DNA of 64,000 nt from Patescibacteria group bacterium (GTDB lineage Bacteria; Patescibacteriota; Patescibacteriia; UBA9934; GWF2-40-263). Position 1 is the stretch's first letter. Each line of letters begins with the position of its first letter. The stretch lies in contig SCUM01000001.1 in the NCBI GenBank assembly GCA_004297215.1, positions 289,181-353,180 of the forward strand. The letters run 5' to 3'. A program made the position numbers and the translations under genes. Positions 1 through 9,957 of the stretch are shown piece by piece. Under the pieces are notes generated by a model. The model worked only from the letters and a program-made list of their open reading frames with translations. It made no database searches and was not told the origin of the DNA.

Positions 1-129
1 CGTCACCCCGATCACCACGAGATGCCTGGACGGGTGGCCGTACCAATAGGCCGCCAGGTGCGCTAAGCCAAGGTGATACAGAGAAATCACCGGTTCGGGG
101 ACCAGCTTGCGCAGGAGGGATTTGAGCAT
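1..129 (-). CDS. murE: UDP-N-acetylmuramyl-tripeptide synthetase, N-terminal fragment (runs off window)
   Basis: Manual translation MLKSLLRKLVPEPVISLYHLGLAHLAAYWYGHPSRHLVVIGVT; the YGxPSxxLxVIGVT(G) motif precedes the MurE P-loop. Confidence 0.75.
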   Translation of the reverse strand, partial: MLKSLLRKLVPEPVISLYHLGLAHLAAYWYGHPSRHLVVIGVT

Positions 130-159
130 GTCGCCGGTTAAGTATAGCATGGCCTCACT

Positions 160-921
160 ATGCCTGCCGCGCCACCGACAAGTTGGGAAAACGTGGCCGA
201 CTGGTACGGCAAGCACCAGGAAGAGACCGGAACGCTGCTCGCGAGCGTCGTCTATCCGGGGGCGTTGAAGCTGCTCGCGCCCAAGTCCGGGGCGTCATAT
301 CTCGACGTGGCCTGCGGCGAGGGGGCGTTTTCCCGATTGGTCGCCGCCAGGACGAAGGGTCACGTGAGCGGGTTCGACGCCGCCCCGAGCCTCATCGCCA
401 TTGCCAAGAAGCAGGCGCTGAAGCACGCGGCCTACGCCATCGCCGACGCACGGGCGTTCTCGAAGCTGTATCCGCTCAACTCCTTCGACGGCGCCACCTG
501 CCTGCTGGCGATACAAAATATCGATGAGCCGGGAAAGGTCTTTCAGGAGGCGTCGAAGGCCCTCAAGCCCGCAGGGACGTTCGTCGTGGTGATGAACCAT
601 CCGGCGTTCCGCGTCCCTGGGGCGAGCAGCTGGGGATACGAGGGGAACGCCAAGATGTTCCGGCGCGTGGACAGGTATCTTTCCGCGCTCGAGATCCCCA
701 TCCAGGCGCATCCAGGAACGGACCCGACGGTCAAGACCGTCTCATACCACCGTCCGATCTCGTCTTACGTGAACGCCCTTGCCGACGCCGGCTTCGCCGT
801 CACGCGCATGGAGGAGTGGACCAGCAACCGCGTAAGCAAGCCCGGCGCGAGGGCCAAGGCCGAAAACCTGTCGCGCAAGGAGATCCCGATGTTCTTAGCA
901 ATCAAGGCAACGAAGGTATGA
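160..921 (+). CDS. Class I SAM-dependent methyltransferase
   Basis: Motif I LDVACGEG, GFD, ADA and LKPAG motifs. Confidence 0.85.
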   Translation: MPAAPPTSWENVADWYGKHQEETGTLLASVVYPGALKLLAPKSGASYLDVACGEGAFSRLVAARTKGHVSGFDAAPSLIAIAKKQALKHAAYAIADARAFSKLYPLNSFDGATCLLAIQNIDEPGKVFQEASKALKPAGTFVVVMNHPAFRVPGASSWGYEGNAKMFRRVDRYLSALEIPIQAHPGTDPTVKTVSYHRPISSYVNALADAGFAVTRMEEWTSNRVSKPGARAKAENLSRKEIPMFLAIKATKV

Positions 922-1259
922 GTTGGTGGATCACGCTCGCGAGGACGATGCCGGTGATGGTGCTGCTCCTGTTGAGCGCCGGCTCCGTCATTGCGGGGGA
1001 TTATTTCGGAAAACTCTGGTCGCAGAAGCCGTCCCCGGCGCTCTTCGCGGTCGCGCTCGGCTGGTATCTCCTCTCCGGATTCTTCTATCTCCCCACCCTG
1101 CAGCGCGAAGGGCTCGTCATCACTTCCGTCATCTGGACCGTCATCAGCACGACCGGATTCCTGGTCATCGGACTCCTTCTTTTCAACGAATCCCTCTCGC
1201 CCATCCAGATGGCCGGCGTCGCGCTCGGGGTCGTTTCCCTTATCTTGCTGAGCGTCTGA
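918..1259 (+). CDS. Small DMT/SMR-like membrane protein
   Basis: ATG at 918 overlaps the upstream stop; four hydrophobic helices; LFNESLSPIQMAGVALG is a typical DMT C-terminus. Confidence 0.7.
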   Translation: MSWWITLARTMPVMVLLLLSAGSVIAGDYFGKLWSQKPSPALFAVALGWYLLSGFFYLPTLQREGLVITSVIWTVISTTGFLVIGLLLFNESLSPIQMAGVALGVVSLILLSV

Positions 1260-1320
1260 CCTCCAGAATCAACCAGAGCCGGGTCCTGGAAAGCGTTGGT
1301 CTTACCTCGAAATCCGGCAT

Positions 1321-2787
1321 TCACTTCAAGTTCTTCACCGCCTCCACGAACTGGCCGCCGCGGTCGTAGGCGTTCTTGAACAATCCGAAGCTGGCGGTGC
1401 CGGGAGAGAGCAGTACGATGTCGCCGGCGCTGGCGGCTTTCTTCGCTTCGAGGACGGCGCTTTCCATGTCGCTCACGTTCACGCTCGGGACGGACGTGCC
1501 GACCGCCTGCTCGATCTCGGCCGTCGAGCTTCCCTCGAGGTACACGACGTGCTTGCAATGCTCGCGGATCGCAGCCGCCATCTCGTCGAAGCTGAACCCC
1601 TTGGCCTTGCCGCCCACGATCAGCACGACGCGCTTCTTGTCGTTCGCGAACCGCTTGAGCGCGGCGACCACGGCGTCCGGACTCGTCGCGTTGGTGTCGT
1701 TCACGTAGGTGACGCCGTCGAACTCGCGCACGGTCTGCTGGCGGCCCTGGAGCCCTTCGAAGGTCCGCAGCGACATGCATAAGCCTTCGTCCGGCACGCC
1801 GGCAAGGGCGGCGGCGAGCGTTGCCGCGAGCGCGTTCTGCACGTTGTGCTCGCCCTGCAGGCACGGCCAGTTCTGCGGGTGGCAGATTTCCCTGTCCGTC
1901 CCGCCGAGGCGCAGGTGCAGCGTGCCGTCCTCGGCGATATACGTCCCTTCGACGCTCTCCGGCAACGGCTTCGCGCTGAACCAGAAGGCCCTGGACTTCA
2001 CCCGTTCGCCTACTTTGCGCACGATCTCGTGGTCGTAGTTGAGAACGGCTTTTTGCGACGGCGATTGCGTGTTGAAAATGATCTCCTTGGCCGCGAGATA
2101 TGCGTCGAACGACTCGTAGCGGTCGAGGTGGTCCATGGACACGTTGGTGAGCACGGCCACCTCCGGGCCGACCTTCACGTGATCCAACCCTTCCAGGAGC
2201 CAGCTCGACAACTCGAGCGCCACCGGCACCGGCTTCTCCTCCGTGAGCATCCAATCCAATTCCTCAAGCGGGCTGTGCATGATGTTGCCGGCCACGACGG
2301 TCTTGGGATGCACGCGCTTGAGCATCTCCCCGATGAGCGCCGTCGTGGTGGATTTCCCGCGCGTGCCGGTGACGGCGCAGATAGGATGCGGATAGAAATG
2401 CCAGAACAGCGACACGTCGCTCTCCACGCGCACGCCGTTCTTCTCGGCGAGCTTCACGAACGCGGATTCCTTCGGCACGTCCGGGTTCTTCACCACGAGC
2501 TGCACGTTCTCGAAATCCTCCTCGCGATGTTCGCCCAGCACGAACACGGGCGCATAGATGTCGCGATCCGGGTACTCCTTGCGGTACTCCTCGTACCACT
2601 GGGTCACCAAGTCCACCGACGCCTTGAGGTCGGCCTCGCTCTTCAAGTCGGTCACCACGATCTGCGCGCCGTGGCGCATGAGCCATTTGGCCGCCCCGAT
2701 GCCGCTCCCTTGCTTGAACCTCCCAAGGCCCATCACGGTGACGACGGCGTCCTGGAGGTCTGTAGGTTTGGTGAAATCGATAGGCAT
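1321..2787 (-). CDS. murD: UDP-N-acetylmuramoyl-L-alanine--D-glutamate ligase
   Basis: VMGLG, VTGTRGKSTT P-loop, GNI, ELSSW, DHLDRY, NDTNAT and LLSPGTASF motifs. Confidence 0.95.
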   Translation of the reverse strand: MPIDFTKPTDLQDAVVTVMGLGRFKQGSGIGAAKWLMRHGAQIVVTDLKSEADLKASVDLVTQWYEEYRKEYPDRDIYAPVFVLGEHREEDFENVQLVVKNPDVPKESAFVKLAEKNGVRVESDVSLFWHFYPHPICAVTGTRGKSTTTALIGEMLKRVHPKTVVAGNIMHSPLEELDWMLTEEKPVPVALELSSWLLEGLDHVKVGPEVAVLTNVSMDHLDRYESFDAYLAAKEIIFNTQSPSQKAVLNYDHEIVRKVGERVKSRAFWFSAKPLPESVEGTYIAEDGTLHLRLGGTDREICHPQNWPCLQGEHNVQNALAATLAAALAGVPDEGLCMSLRTFEGLQGRQQTVREFDGVTYVNDTNATSPDAVVAALKRFANDKKRVVLIVGGKAKGFSFDEMAAAIREHCKHVVYLEGSSTAEIEQAVGTSVPSVNVSDMESAVLEAKKAASAGDIVLLSPGTASFGLFKNAYDRGGQFVEAVKNLK

Positions 2788-2789
2788 AG

Positions 2790-3446
2790 TCAGAATTCCC
2801 CTTTCAGGGCGGCAATACGGACCAGGATCATTGCTTTAGCCACGACGGTCCACATGCGGACGTATTGTACCAGAGCTTTCCGCCAACCCACCTTTTGGAA
2901 CTTCCGCCGCATGGTGAGGCCCGGGAGCGGCACCGACCCGTACGGCAGGCGGTTGCGACGGCAATAATAGTTGAGCGCCTCTTCCAGCTGGAACCCGCGA
3001 AGCAGATGCGGCGGCACGCGCTCGATGATCTCGCGCGGGAGCGCGCGTTCGCCGGACACGAGCGGGAGCCAGCGCGTGAACGGGGTGAACCACCCGCGGT
3101 CGCGTTGGCTGCAGTTCATCACGCGGCTGCCGTCGAGCACGGGCGCAAGCAGGCGCTCGACATGGTCGGCGGTGAGTCCCACGAGGTCGGCGTCAAGCAG
3201 CAGGACGAGCGGCGCGTCGGTCATGGCGAGGCCGGAGAGCACGGCGGCCCCCTTTCCGCCGTTGGTCGGGCGCTCCACCACCCTGGCGCCGGCCTCGCGG
3301 GCGACGGCGGCCGTCCGGTCGGTGGACGCGTCGGACACGACGATCGTCTCTGACACGAGCGGGCTCGTCCTCACGGCGCGCACCACGTCCGCGACGGTCG
3401 TTTCCTCGTCATACGCGGGGATGATGGCGGCGACGCGCACGCTCAT
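2790..3446 (-). CDS. Glycosyltransferase family 2
   Basis: IIPAYDE, DASTD, GKGAA and DAD motifs. Confidence 0.9.
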   Translation of the reverse strand: MSVRVAAIIPAYDEETTVADVVRAVRTSPLVSETIVVSDASTDRTAAVAREAGARVVERPTNGGKGAAVLSGLAMTDAPLVLLLDADLVGLTADHVERLLAPVLDGSRVMNCSQRDRGWFTPFTRWLPLVSGERALPREIIERVPPHLLRGFQLEEALNYYCRRNRLPYGSVPLPGLTMRRKFQKVGWRKALVQYVRMWTVVAKAMILVRIAALKGEF

Positions 3447-4141
3447 ATCAGCGGCGTATCCTGCCGGCGCTTCCTTTCTCGCGCGATGCGCGACCGGGCT
3501 TCGGTTACGGCTTCAGCGACCGGCGCGGCAAGCGCGATGAGTCCTTCCTGTTCGGCCGGAAGCCTGCCGGCTGCCCGGAGGGACTCGAGCGAGGCCGTTG
3601 CGCGGGAAAGATATGCCTGCGCGAGCTCGAGTTCCTTGTCCGCCACGTCGAGCGAGTAGGCGTCCTCGTGCGCGAGCTCGTTCAGCGCATACGAGACTTT
3701 CATGGGCACCAAGCACGCGTTGAGGCACACGCGCAGGAGCTGCGGGTGGCGCTCCTTGGCGTAGGCGGCCTTCGCGAAGCGGAACGCCGGGCCGGCCCAT
3801 GCGAGCGCGCGCTCGTACGTGGGCTCGCGCTCGAGGTCGCGACGCAGGAATTCGAGCACCGGCATGTCAGGGCCGTGCGCCGTCGCGTCTGCGGGTTCAT
3901 GCTCATGCCCGTCATGGTGCGGACAGTCCTCGGATTCCTCGAGCCAGCCCGGGCCGATCTTCGCCGTGAGCTCCGCTTCGCTCGCGTCTTCGGTGTCCGC
4001 CTGTTCCCGGACGACCGCCTCCTCCGCCTCAAAGCCTGGGCCGGATTCCCGCTCCTCATGCGCGCGGCACAAATCATCGAAATCCTCTTCAAGGACGGCA
4101 AGCTCGTCCCGGCGGCTTCCCCATGGGTATTCCGGCAACAT
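3443..4141 (-). CDS. Hypothetical protein (acidic N-terminus, helical C-terminus)
   Basis: Fills the gap in the minus-strand operon with a 4-nt overlap; no recognised motif. Confidence 0.6.
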   Translation of the reverse strand: MLPEYPWGSRRDELAVLEEDFDDLCRAHEERESGPGFEAEEAVVREQADTEDASEAELTAKIGPGWLEESEDCPHHDGHEHEPADATAHGPDMPVLEFLRRDLEREPTYERALAWAGPAFRFAKAAYAKERHPQLLRVCLNACLVPMKVSYALNELAHEDAYSLDVADKELELAQAYLSRATASLESLRAAGRLPAEQEGLIALAAPVAEAVTEARSRIARERKRRQDTPLI

Positions 4142-4151
4142 ATGGCCGCAT

Positions 4152-6800
4152 TTAACCCTTTCGGGCTCCCTGCGACAAGAACCGGCCTTTCACCGCCTCG
4201 ATCACGACCACGCGCACGGCGCCAAGGGAGAGGACGAGGCCGAGGTCTGCGCCCGTGAGCGGCACATGGCCGAACGCGGCCATGACCGTCGGGACGAACA
4301 GGGTGATGGCGATGAGCAGCATCCCGCACGCCACCCCGGCCACGAGCCACGGATTGGAAAGCGGATGGATGCGCCACAACGGCACGCGCATGTTCTTGAG
4401 CGAGAACGCATGGACCACCGAGATGAACCCGACCGCGGCGAACAGGACGGTCTGCAGGTGGTCGAGCGGATATCCCGCGCGAAGCAGCAGGACGAACGAG
4501 AGGAAGACGGCGATGTCCGTGACGAGGCCGGTGAGGACGATGAGGCGGATCATCCGCCGGTCGAGCACCGGTTCGTCCCGTCGGCGGGGCGGATCCCGCA
4601 TGATTCCCGGTTCGCCCGGCTCCATCGTGAGCGCGGCGCTCGGCAGCCCGTCCGCGACCAGGTTGATCCAGAGGATCTGCAGCGCCGTGAGCGGGAGCGG
4701 AAGGCCGGCAATGATCGATCCGCCGATGAGCAGGATCTCGGTGAAGCAGCTGGACAGCAGGTACACGCTCACGCGGCGGATGTTCTCGAACAGGACGCGC
4801 CCCTGCTCGACCGCGGCCGTCACGGTCCCCAGGTCGTTGTCGAGCAGGATGATGTCGGCGGCTTCCTTCGCCACCTCCGTGCCGGACCCGAGCGCGACCC
4901 CCACGTCCGCGGCCTTGAGCGCCGGGGCGTCGTTCACCCCGTCGCCGACCATGGCGACCGACGCGCCGCGCGCGCGCCAGGCCTCGACCAGTCGGATCTT
5001 GTGGCGCGGCTCCACGCGCGCATACACGTCGATGCCGGTCACCCGTCGCGCGAGCTCGCGGTCGTCCCAACGGTCGAGCTCCTCTCCGGTCACGACGCGA
5101 TGCGTGCGGTCAAGGCCCGCCTCAAGCGCCACCAGCCGCGCGGTGTCGGGGTGATCGCCGGTCACGAGGACCGTGCGCACGCCGGCCGCGCGCGCCCGCG
5201 CGACCTGCTCCTGCGCCTGCGGCCTCAACGGGTCGCGCAGGCCGAGGAACCCGAGGAATGCCATCCCGCGAAGGTCGTCCGCCTCAAGCGTCTTCGCCCG
5301 CGCGCCGGCCTCCCGGGTGGCGCATCCGATCACGCGTACCCCGCCTTTCAGCAGCCGCGCGAGGACGCGGGACACCCGGCGCCGCTCTCCGTCGGTGAAC
5401 GGATGGACGTCGCCGTCCTCTCCCAGGTACGACGCGCATCGCGCAAGCACGAATTCGGGGGCGCCCTTGTACAGGATGCGCGCCTCCTTGCCCGCCCACC
5501 GATGGAGGGTCGCCATGTCCTTGCGACGGGAATCGAACGGGATCTCGGCAAGCCGCGGGTGCCGGAGGCGCAAGGCGGCCGCGTCGATGCCGGCGGAGAG
5601 CCCCGCGCCCATGAGCGCGCGCTCGGTGGGCGACCCGTTCGTCGCCTGCTCGATCCCCTTCACGCGTTCCACCACCGCGTCGTTCACCAGCATCCCCGCT
5701 TCCAGGAGCGCGACGATGCCGCGGGATACCGAGAGGTGGCTCACGTCCGCGGCGGACGGGGCCCCTTCGGCCGGGACGACCTCCGCCACGCGCATCTCCC
5801 CTTCCGTGAGCGTCCCGGTCTTGTCCGTGCAGATCACCGACACGCTCCCGAGCGTCTCGGCCGCCACCAGCCGGCGCACGAGGGATCCCCGTTTGAGGAT
5901 CCGCCGCATGCCGACCGCAAGCACCATGGTGACGGACACCATGAGCCCTTCCGGCACGGCCGACACCGCAAGCGCGATGCCCGTCTTGAGCATCTCGACC
6001 GTGCCGCGGCCGGACGCGATCCCGAGGACGAACAGCGCGAGGACGGTCGCGACCGCGAACAACCCGATCCGGGCGCTCAACTGGCGCAGCTGCGCCTGCA
6101 AGGACGTTTCCGGTTCCTCGGTCCCGACCACGAGCGAGGCGATCTTCCCGAGTTCGGTGAGGGAGCCGGTCGCGACCACCACCGCTTCCGCCCGGCCGGC
6201 CACCACGATCGTGCCGGCAAACGCCATGTTGACGCGCTCGGCGAGGATCGTCCCGATGCGGAGCGCCTCCGGACCTTTTGCGACCGGCATGGATTCCCCG
6301 GTGAGCGGCGCTTCGTTCGTCTCGCACGCCACGGCCTCGATGAGGCGCGCGTCCGCGGCCACCCGGTCTCCCGCGCGCAGCACGAGCCGGTCGCCAAGGA
6401 CCAGCTCGGAAGCGCGGATCTCCCGTTCGCGCCCGTCACGGCGCACCATGGACATCGGCACGACGAGCGACCGGATCGCCTCAAGCGTGCGGGCCGCGCG
6501 GTATTCCTGGAAGAACCCGAGCGCCGCGTTCAGCGCGAACGCGCAGGCGATCACCGCCGCCTCGGCCTTGTCCCCGAGCGCGAGGCTCACGACCGCGGCC
6601 GCGAGCAACAGCAGCATGAGCGGCGCCGAGACCTGCCGGGCGAGCACCCCGGCCCATCCGTCATGACGGACGGTCGGAAGGGCGTTTGGTCCGTGGAGAC
6701 GGAGGCGGCGCGCCGCCTCCGAGCCCGCCAAGCCGCCCGGAGGGGATCCGAGCGCTTTCAAGACGGCCGCAGCGGATTGCGCATGCCAGGGGCGTTCCAT
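4152..6800 (-). CDS. Cation-transporting P-type ATPase (P2A-like)
   Basis: TGES, PEGL, DKTGTLT, KGAPE, TGD and GDGVND motifs. Confidence 0.95.
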   Translation of the reverse strand: MERPWHAQSAAAVLKALGSPPGGLAGSEAARRLRLHGPNALPTVRHDGWAGVLARQVSAPLMLLLLAAAVVSLALGDKAEAAVIACAFALNAALGFFQEYRAARTLEAIRSLVVPMSMVRRDGREREIRASELVLGDRLVLRAGDRVAADARLIEAVACETNEAPLTGESMPVAKGPEALRIGTILAERVNMAFAGTIVVAGRAEAVVVATGSLTELGKIASLVVGTEEPETSLQAQLRQLSARIGLFAVATVLALFVLGIASGRGTVEMLKTGIALAVSAVPEGLMVSVTMVLAVGMRRILKRGSLVRRLVAAETLGSVSVICTDKTGTLTEGEMRVAEVVPAEGAPSAADVSHLSVSRGIVALLEAGMLVNDAVVERVKGIEQATNGSPTERALMGAGLSAGIDAAALRLRHPRLAEIPFDSRRKDMATLHRWAGKEARILYKGAPEFVLARCASYLGEDGDVHPFTDGERRRVSRVLARLLKGGVRVIGCATREAGARAKTLEADDLRGMAFLGFLGLRDPLRPQAQEQVARARAAGVRTVLVTGDHPDTARLVALEAGLDRTHRVVTGEELDRWDDRELARRVTGIDVYARVEPRHKIRLVEAWRARGASVAMVGDGVNDAPALKAADVGVALGSGTEVAKEAADIILLDNDLGTVTAAVEQGRVLFENIRRVSVYLLSSCFTEILLIGGSIIAGLPLPLTALQILWINLVADGLPSAALTMEPGEPGIMRDPPRRRDEPVLDRRMIRLIVLTGLVTDIAVFLSFVLLLRAGYPLDHLQTVLFAAVGFISVVHAFSLKNMRVPLWRIHPLSNPWLVAGVACGMLLIAITLFVPTVMAAFGHVPLTGADLGLVLSLGAVRVVVIEAVKGRFLSQGARKG

Positions 6801-6827
6801 GTCCGGACGGTTCCTCCACGGCCCGGT

Positions 6828-7490
6828 TCAACGCCCGAGCGCCAGTCGCGGGACGTACCCGGCCCACGCGAACGAGGTGAGGAACGAGGTCATCTGACGG
6901 GTCAGGATCGGGAGGCTGAGGAGCGTGTCCTTGGGGAGGACTTCCGTGAGCGATACGGCCGCGCCCGGGACGAACAGCGCGAGCTGGGATCCGGTCACCG
7001 GGACGATCAGCTCCTCCCAATGCGTCCCGTATGCCGTCGTCGCGACGCGCTCGCTCGTGAGCAGGCGCGCGACCGGATACAGCGGACGCTCGGGATTCGC
7101 GACCAGCGCGTACACGGCGGCCTGTCCCGGAACCTGCACGAGCGCGCTCCCGGCCTTGGGCAGCATGGGGTCGCCCGCGGGAAGCGATTCGACGGTGGCG
7201 TCGCTTACCAATCGCACGTGGCGGAAGTCCGGCTCGTAGGTGAAGAACTGCACGTCGCTCACGAACGCGCGGGCCTTGAAATCGTCCGCGACATAGACGA
7301 CGCCCGCGTGCCCCGGGCTGCGCAGGTACTCGCCCAGGCAGACGATATCCACGGCTTCCTCGGCGCCCGAGACGGCGCGCACGCGCGTGCCGGGCGCGAC
7401 CGGCGCGTCGCACGACGGCGCGGCAGCGGAGGCAGCAAGCGGGAGGAACAAGGCGGCGACGAACGAGACGAGCGTGAGGCGCATGCGCAT
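6828..7490 (-). CDS. Secreted hypothetical protein
   Basis: Signal peptide ending AASA-A; AVYAL...RLLTSE...YGTHW segment resembles Parcubacteria surface-protein repeats (from recall). Confidence 0.65.
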   Translation of the reverse strand: MRMRLTLVSFVAALFLPLAASAAAPSCDAPVAPGTRVRAVSGAEEAVDIVCLGEYLRSPGHAGVVYVADDFKARAFVSDVQFFTYEPDFRHVRLVSDATVESLPAGDPMLPKAGSALVQVPGQAAVYALVANPERPLYPVARLLTSERVATTAYGTHWEELIVPVTGSQLALFVPGAAVSLTEVLPKDTLLSLPILTRQMTSFLTSFAWAGYVPRLALGR

Positions 7491-7580
7491 ACGAAAGATT
7501 GTGCGCCTGTGGGGGCGGCGCGATTATGCGAACATCATACCAAAAACCCCGCGAACGTTCGCGGGACTCCTGTGCACAGC

Positions 7581-9398
7581 CTAGGCGTTCTGCGCCTCGG
7601 CGCGCTTGCGGGCGTTGTAGTCGAGGAAGGTCTTGCGGATGCGGATGGACTTGGGGGTGACCTCCACCAGCTCGTCGTCCCCGATGTACTCGAGGCTCTG
7701 CTCGAGGGTGAGGATGCGCGGGGGCTCGATCGCCACGCTCGCGCCGTCGCCCTTCGAGCGCATGTTGGAGAGCTTCTTCTCCTTGCACGGGTTCACGTCG
7801 ATGTCCTCGGCTCGGGAGTGCTCTCCGATCACCATGCCCACGTACACCTGCGTCCCGACCGGCACGAACATCACCCCGCGCTCCTGCAAGTTGGTGACGG
7901 CGTAGCCCATCACGGTCCCCTGCTCCATGGAGACGATGGACCCGTGTTCATTGGCGCTCACGTCGCCGGCGAGCGGTCGGTAGCCCAAGAGCAGCGTGTT
8001 GATGATCCCCTGGCCCTTCGTATCCGTCATGAACTCGTTGCGGTAGCCGATGAGCCCGCGCGTGGGGATCTCGAACTCCATGAACGCGGTGCCGTTCTCC
8101 ACCTTCATGTCCTTCATGTCGCCGCGGCGCTTGCCCATCTTCTCGATGATGATCCCCTGGAACGCCTCGGGCGCCTCGATGGACACGGCTTCGAACGGCT
8201 CGGTCTTCTCCCCATGCTCCTCGCGGAAGATCACCTGCGGGCGGCTCACCTGCAGCTCGTACCCCTCGCGGCGCATTTTTTCAATCAGAATCGCCAGGTG
8301 CAGCTCGCCGCGCCCGGAAACGATGAACGCGCCGTCGCCTTCGCCTGGGGCGACGCGCAGCGCCACGTCGTTTTGCAGCTCGCGGTCCAGGCGCTCCTTG
8401 ATGTTGCGGCTGGTGGTGAACTGCCCTTCCTGGCCGGCGAACGGCGAGGTGTTCACGCCGAAGGTCATCTTCACGGTGGGTGCTTCCACGTTGAGCACGG
8501 GGAGCGCGACCGGGTTCGTCGGGTCGGCGAAGGTCTCGCCGATCTGCACGTCCTCGACGCCCGCCACGGCGACGATCTCCCCGGCGGACGCCTCGGGCAG
8601 GTCCACGCGCGCGAGCGCCTGGAACCCCTGGATGGCAACGACCTTGGCCGGCTTCACCTTCCCGTCACGGTCGATGTGCGCGATGCTTTGCCCAACCTTG
8701 ATGCGGCCGTTCACCACGCGCCCCACCGCGATGCGGCCCTTGTAGTTGTCGTACATCACGTTGACGATGGACATCTGGAGCGGCTTCTCGACGTCGGCCT
8801 GCGGGGCCGGGATGTGGTCGACGATCGCCTGGAACAGCGGGGTGATGTCGGTCATCGCCTCGAGGTCCGGGGTAAGGCCGGCCTTGCCGTTCACGGCCGA
8901 GGCGTAGATCACCGGGAAATCGGCCTGCTCTTCGCTCGCCCCCAGGTCCACGAACAGGTCGAAGGTGTGGTTGAGCACCCACTCCGGGCGCGCGTCCTTC
9001 TTGTCGATCTTGTTGATGACCACGATCACCTTGTGCCCGGCCTTGATCGCCTGCTTCAACACGAACTTGGTCTGCGGCATCGGCCCCTCCTTGGCGTCCA
9101 CGAGCAGCAGGCAGCCGTCCACCATGCTCATGATGCGCTCCACCTCGCCGCCGAAATCCGCGTGGCCCGGGGTGTCCACGATGTTGAACTTGATGTCCTT
9201 CCACACGATGGACGCGTTCTTGGCGAGGATGGTGATCCCGCGCTCGCGCTCCAATTCGTTCGAGTCCATGATGGTGGTCCCCATCGCGTCCGCGTTGCGG
9301 AACGTGTTGGACTGCTTCAAAAGCGCGTCCACCAGGGTGGTCTTCCCGTGGTCGACGTGGGCGATGATGGCGAAATTGCGCAGGTCAGGACGGGTCAT
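7581..9398 (-). CDS. typA: Translational GTPase TypA/BipA
   Basis: IAHVDHGKTT, ERERGITI, DTPGHADF, NKID, GRGELHL and ELVEVTPKSIRIRK; start placed at 9398 because the longer ORF overlaps the tRNA. Confidence 0.97.
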   Translation of the reverse strand: MTRPDLRNFAIIAHVDHGKTTLVDALLKQSNTFRNADAMGTTIMDSNELERERGITILAKNASIVWKDIKFNIVDTPGHADFGGEVERIMSMVDGCLLLVDAKEGPMPQTKFVLKQAIKAGHKVIVVINKIDKKDARPEWVLNHTFDLFVDLGASEEQADFPVIYASAVNGKAGLTPDLEAMTDITPLFQAIVDHIPAPQADVEKPLQMSIVNVMYDNYKGRIAVGRVVNGRIKVGQSIAHIDRDGKVKPAKVVAIQGFQALARVDLPEASAGEIVAVAGVEDVQIGETFADPTNPVALPVLNVEAPTVKMTFGVNTSPFAGQEGQFTTSRNIKERLDRELQNDVALRVAPGEGDGAFIVSGRGELHLAILIEKMRREGYELQVSRPQVIFREEHGEKTEPFEAVSIEAPEAFQGIIIEKMGKRRGDMKDMKVENGTAFMEFEIPTRGLIGYRNEFMTDTKGQGIINTLLLGYRPLAGDVSANEHGSIVSMEQGTVMGYAVTNLQERGVMFVPVGTQVYVGMVIGEHSRAEDIDVNPCKEKKLSNMRSKGDGASVAIEPPRILTLEQSLEYIGDDELVEVTPKSIRIRKTFLDYNARKRAEAQNA

Positions 9399-9463
9399 AA
9401 TGGGCGGATGGTAGCCAAAAATCGAATTCAGGTCAAGACAAAACCGCCTGAGGCGGTTCTGAC

Positions 9464-9538
9464 TGGTGGGTCGGGTGGGGATCGAACCCACGACCTTGGG
9501 CTTAAAAGGCCCCTGCTCTACCATTGAGCTACCGACCC
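9464..9538 (-). tRNA. tRNA-Lys (UUU)
   Basis: GGGTCGGTAGCTCAATGGTAGAGC...CTTTTAA...GGTTCGATCCCCACCCGACCCACCA; encoded CCA. Confidence 0.95.
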
Positions 9539-9655
9539 GTAGTGAGGAGAAAACGAGCTCGCTCGTATTCGACGAACGAGGGTTGGCAACGGCTTTGCCG
9601 TTACCGACCCATGAATGGCCGGATGGTATCCGAAAATCGACGGGAAATCAAGCCC

Positions 9656-9712
9656 CTCCGACGCTCCAGCCGGGCTGGAGGTCGGAGCCCCGACCCCCGA
9701 AGGGCGTCGGGG
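9656..9712. repeat. Twin-hairpin REP-like element (TCCGAC..GTCGGA / CCCCGAC..GTCGGGG)
   Basis: Same architecture as 49716-49771; both lie upstream of tRNA genes. Confidence 0.65.
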
Positions 9713-9789
9713 TTGACGTCCTCTTCCCCTCTCGTTCTACTTCGCTACAATATCCAGGTCTTCATTCTTTATCCCCACGCGGAGTCCGT

Positions 9790-9927
9790 ATGAACACGGG
9801 AGTATGCATCACCTGCGGCGCGCAGGACGTCGACCTCGACGATGACACCGAGCAGTGCGCGGACTGCGTAGCCTTGGAAGGCGGAGCGCCCAAGAACGGC
9901 GCCGACGCGCTCGAGGAGACGACCTGA
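9790..9927 (+). CDS. Small acidic CxxC..CxxC protein (45 aa)
   Basis: GGAG RBS, MNTGVCITCG...CADC, followed by a terminator hairpin. Confidence 0.6.
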   Translation: MNTGVCITCGAQDVDLDDDTEQCADCVALEGGAPKNGADALEETT

Positions 9928-9931
9928 CGAT

Positions 9932-9957
9932 GACACCGCCCGACCGGGCGGTGTTTT
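9932..9957. terminator. Intrinsic terminator between convergent genes
   Basis: ACACCGCCC-GACC-GGGCGGTGT followed by TTT. Confidence 0.7.

Noticed and set aside
9399-9524. N-terminal extension of TypA in the ORF track
   Set aside because: Overlaps tRNA-Lys and its downstream hairpin; homology starts at MTRPDLRN
3819-9527. 1902-aa plus-strand ORF and other long antisense ORFs (e.g. 33896-36883, 55939-57735)
   Set aside because: Shadow frames opposite well-supported genes in high-GC DNA; Arg/Gly-rich with no motifs
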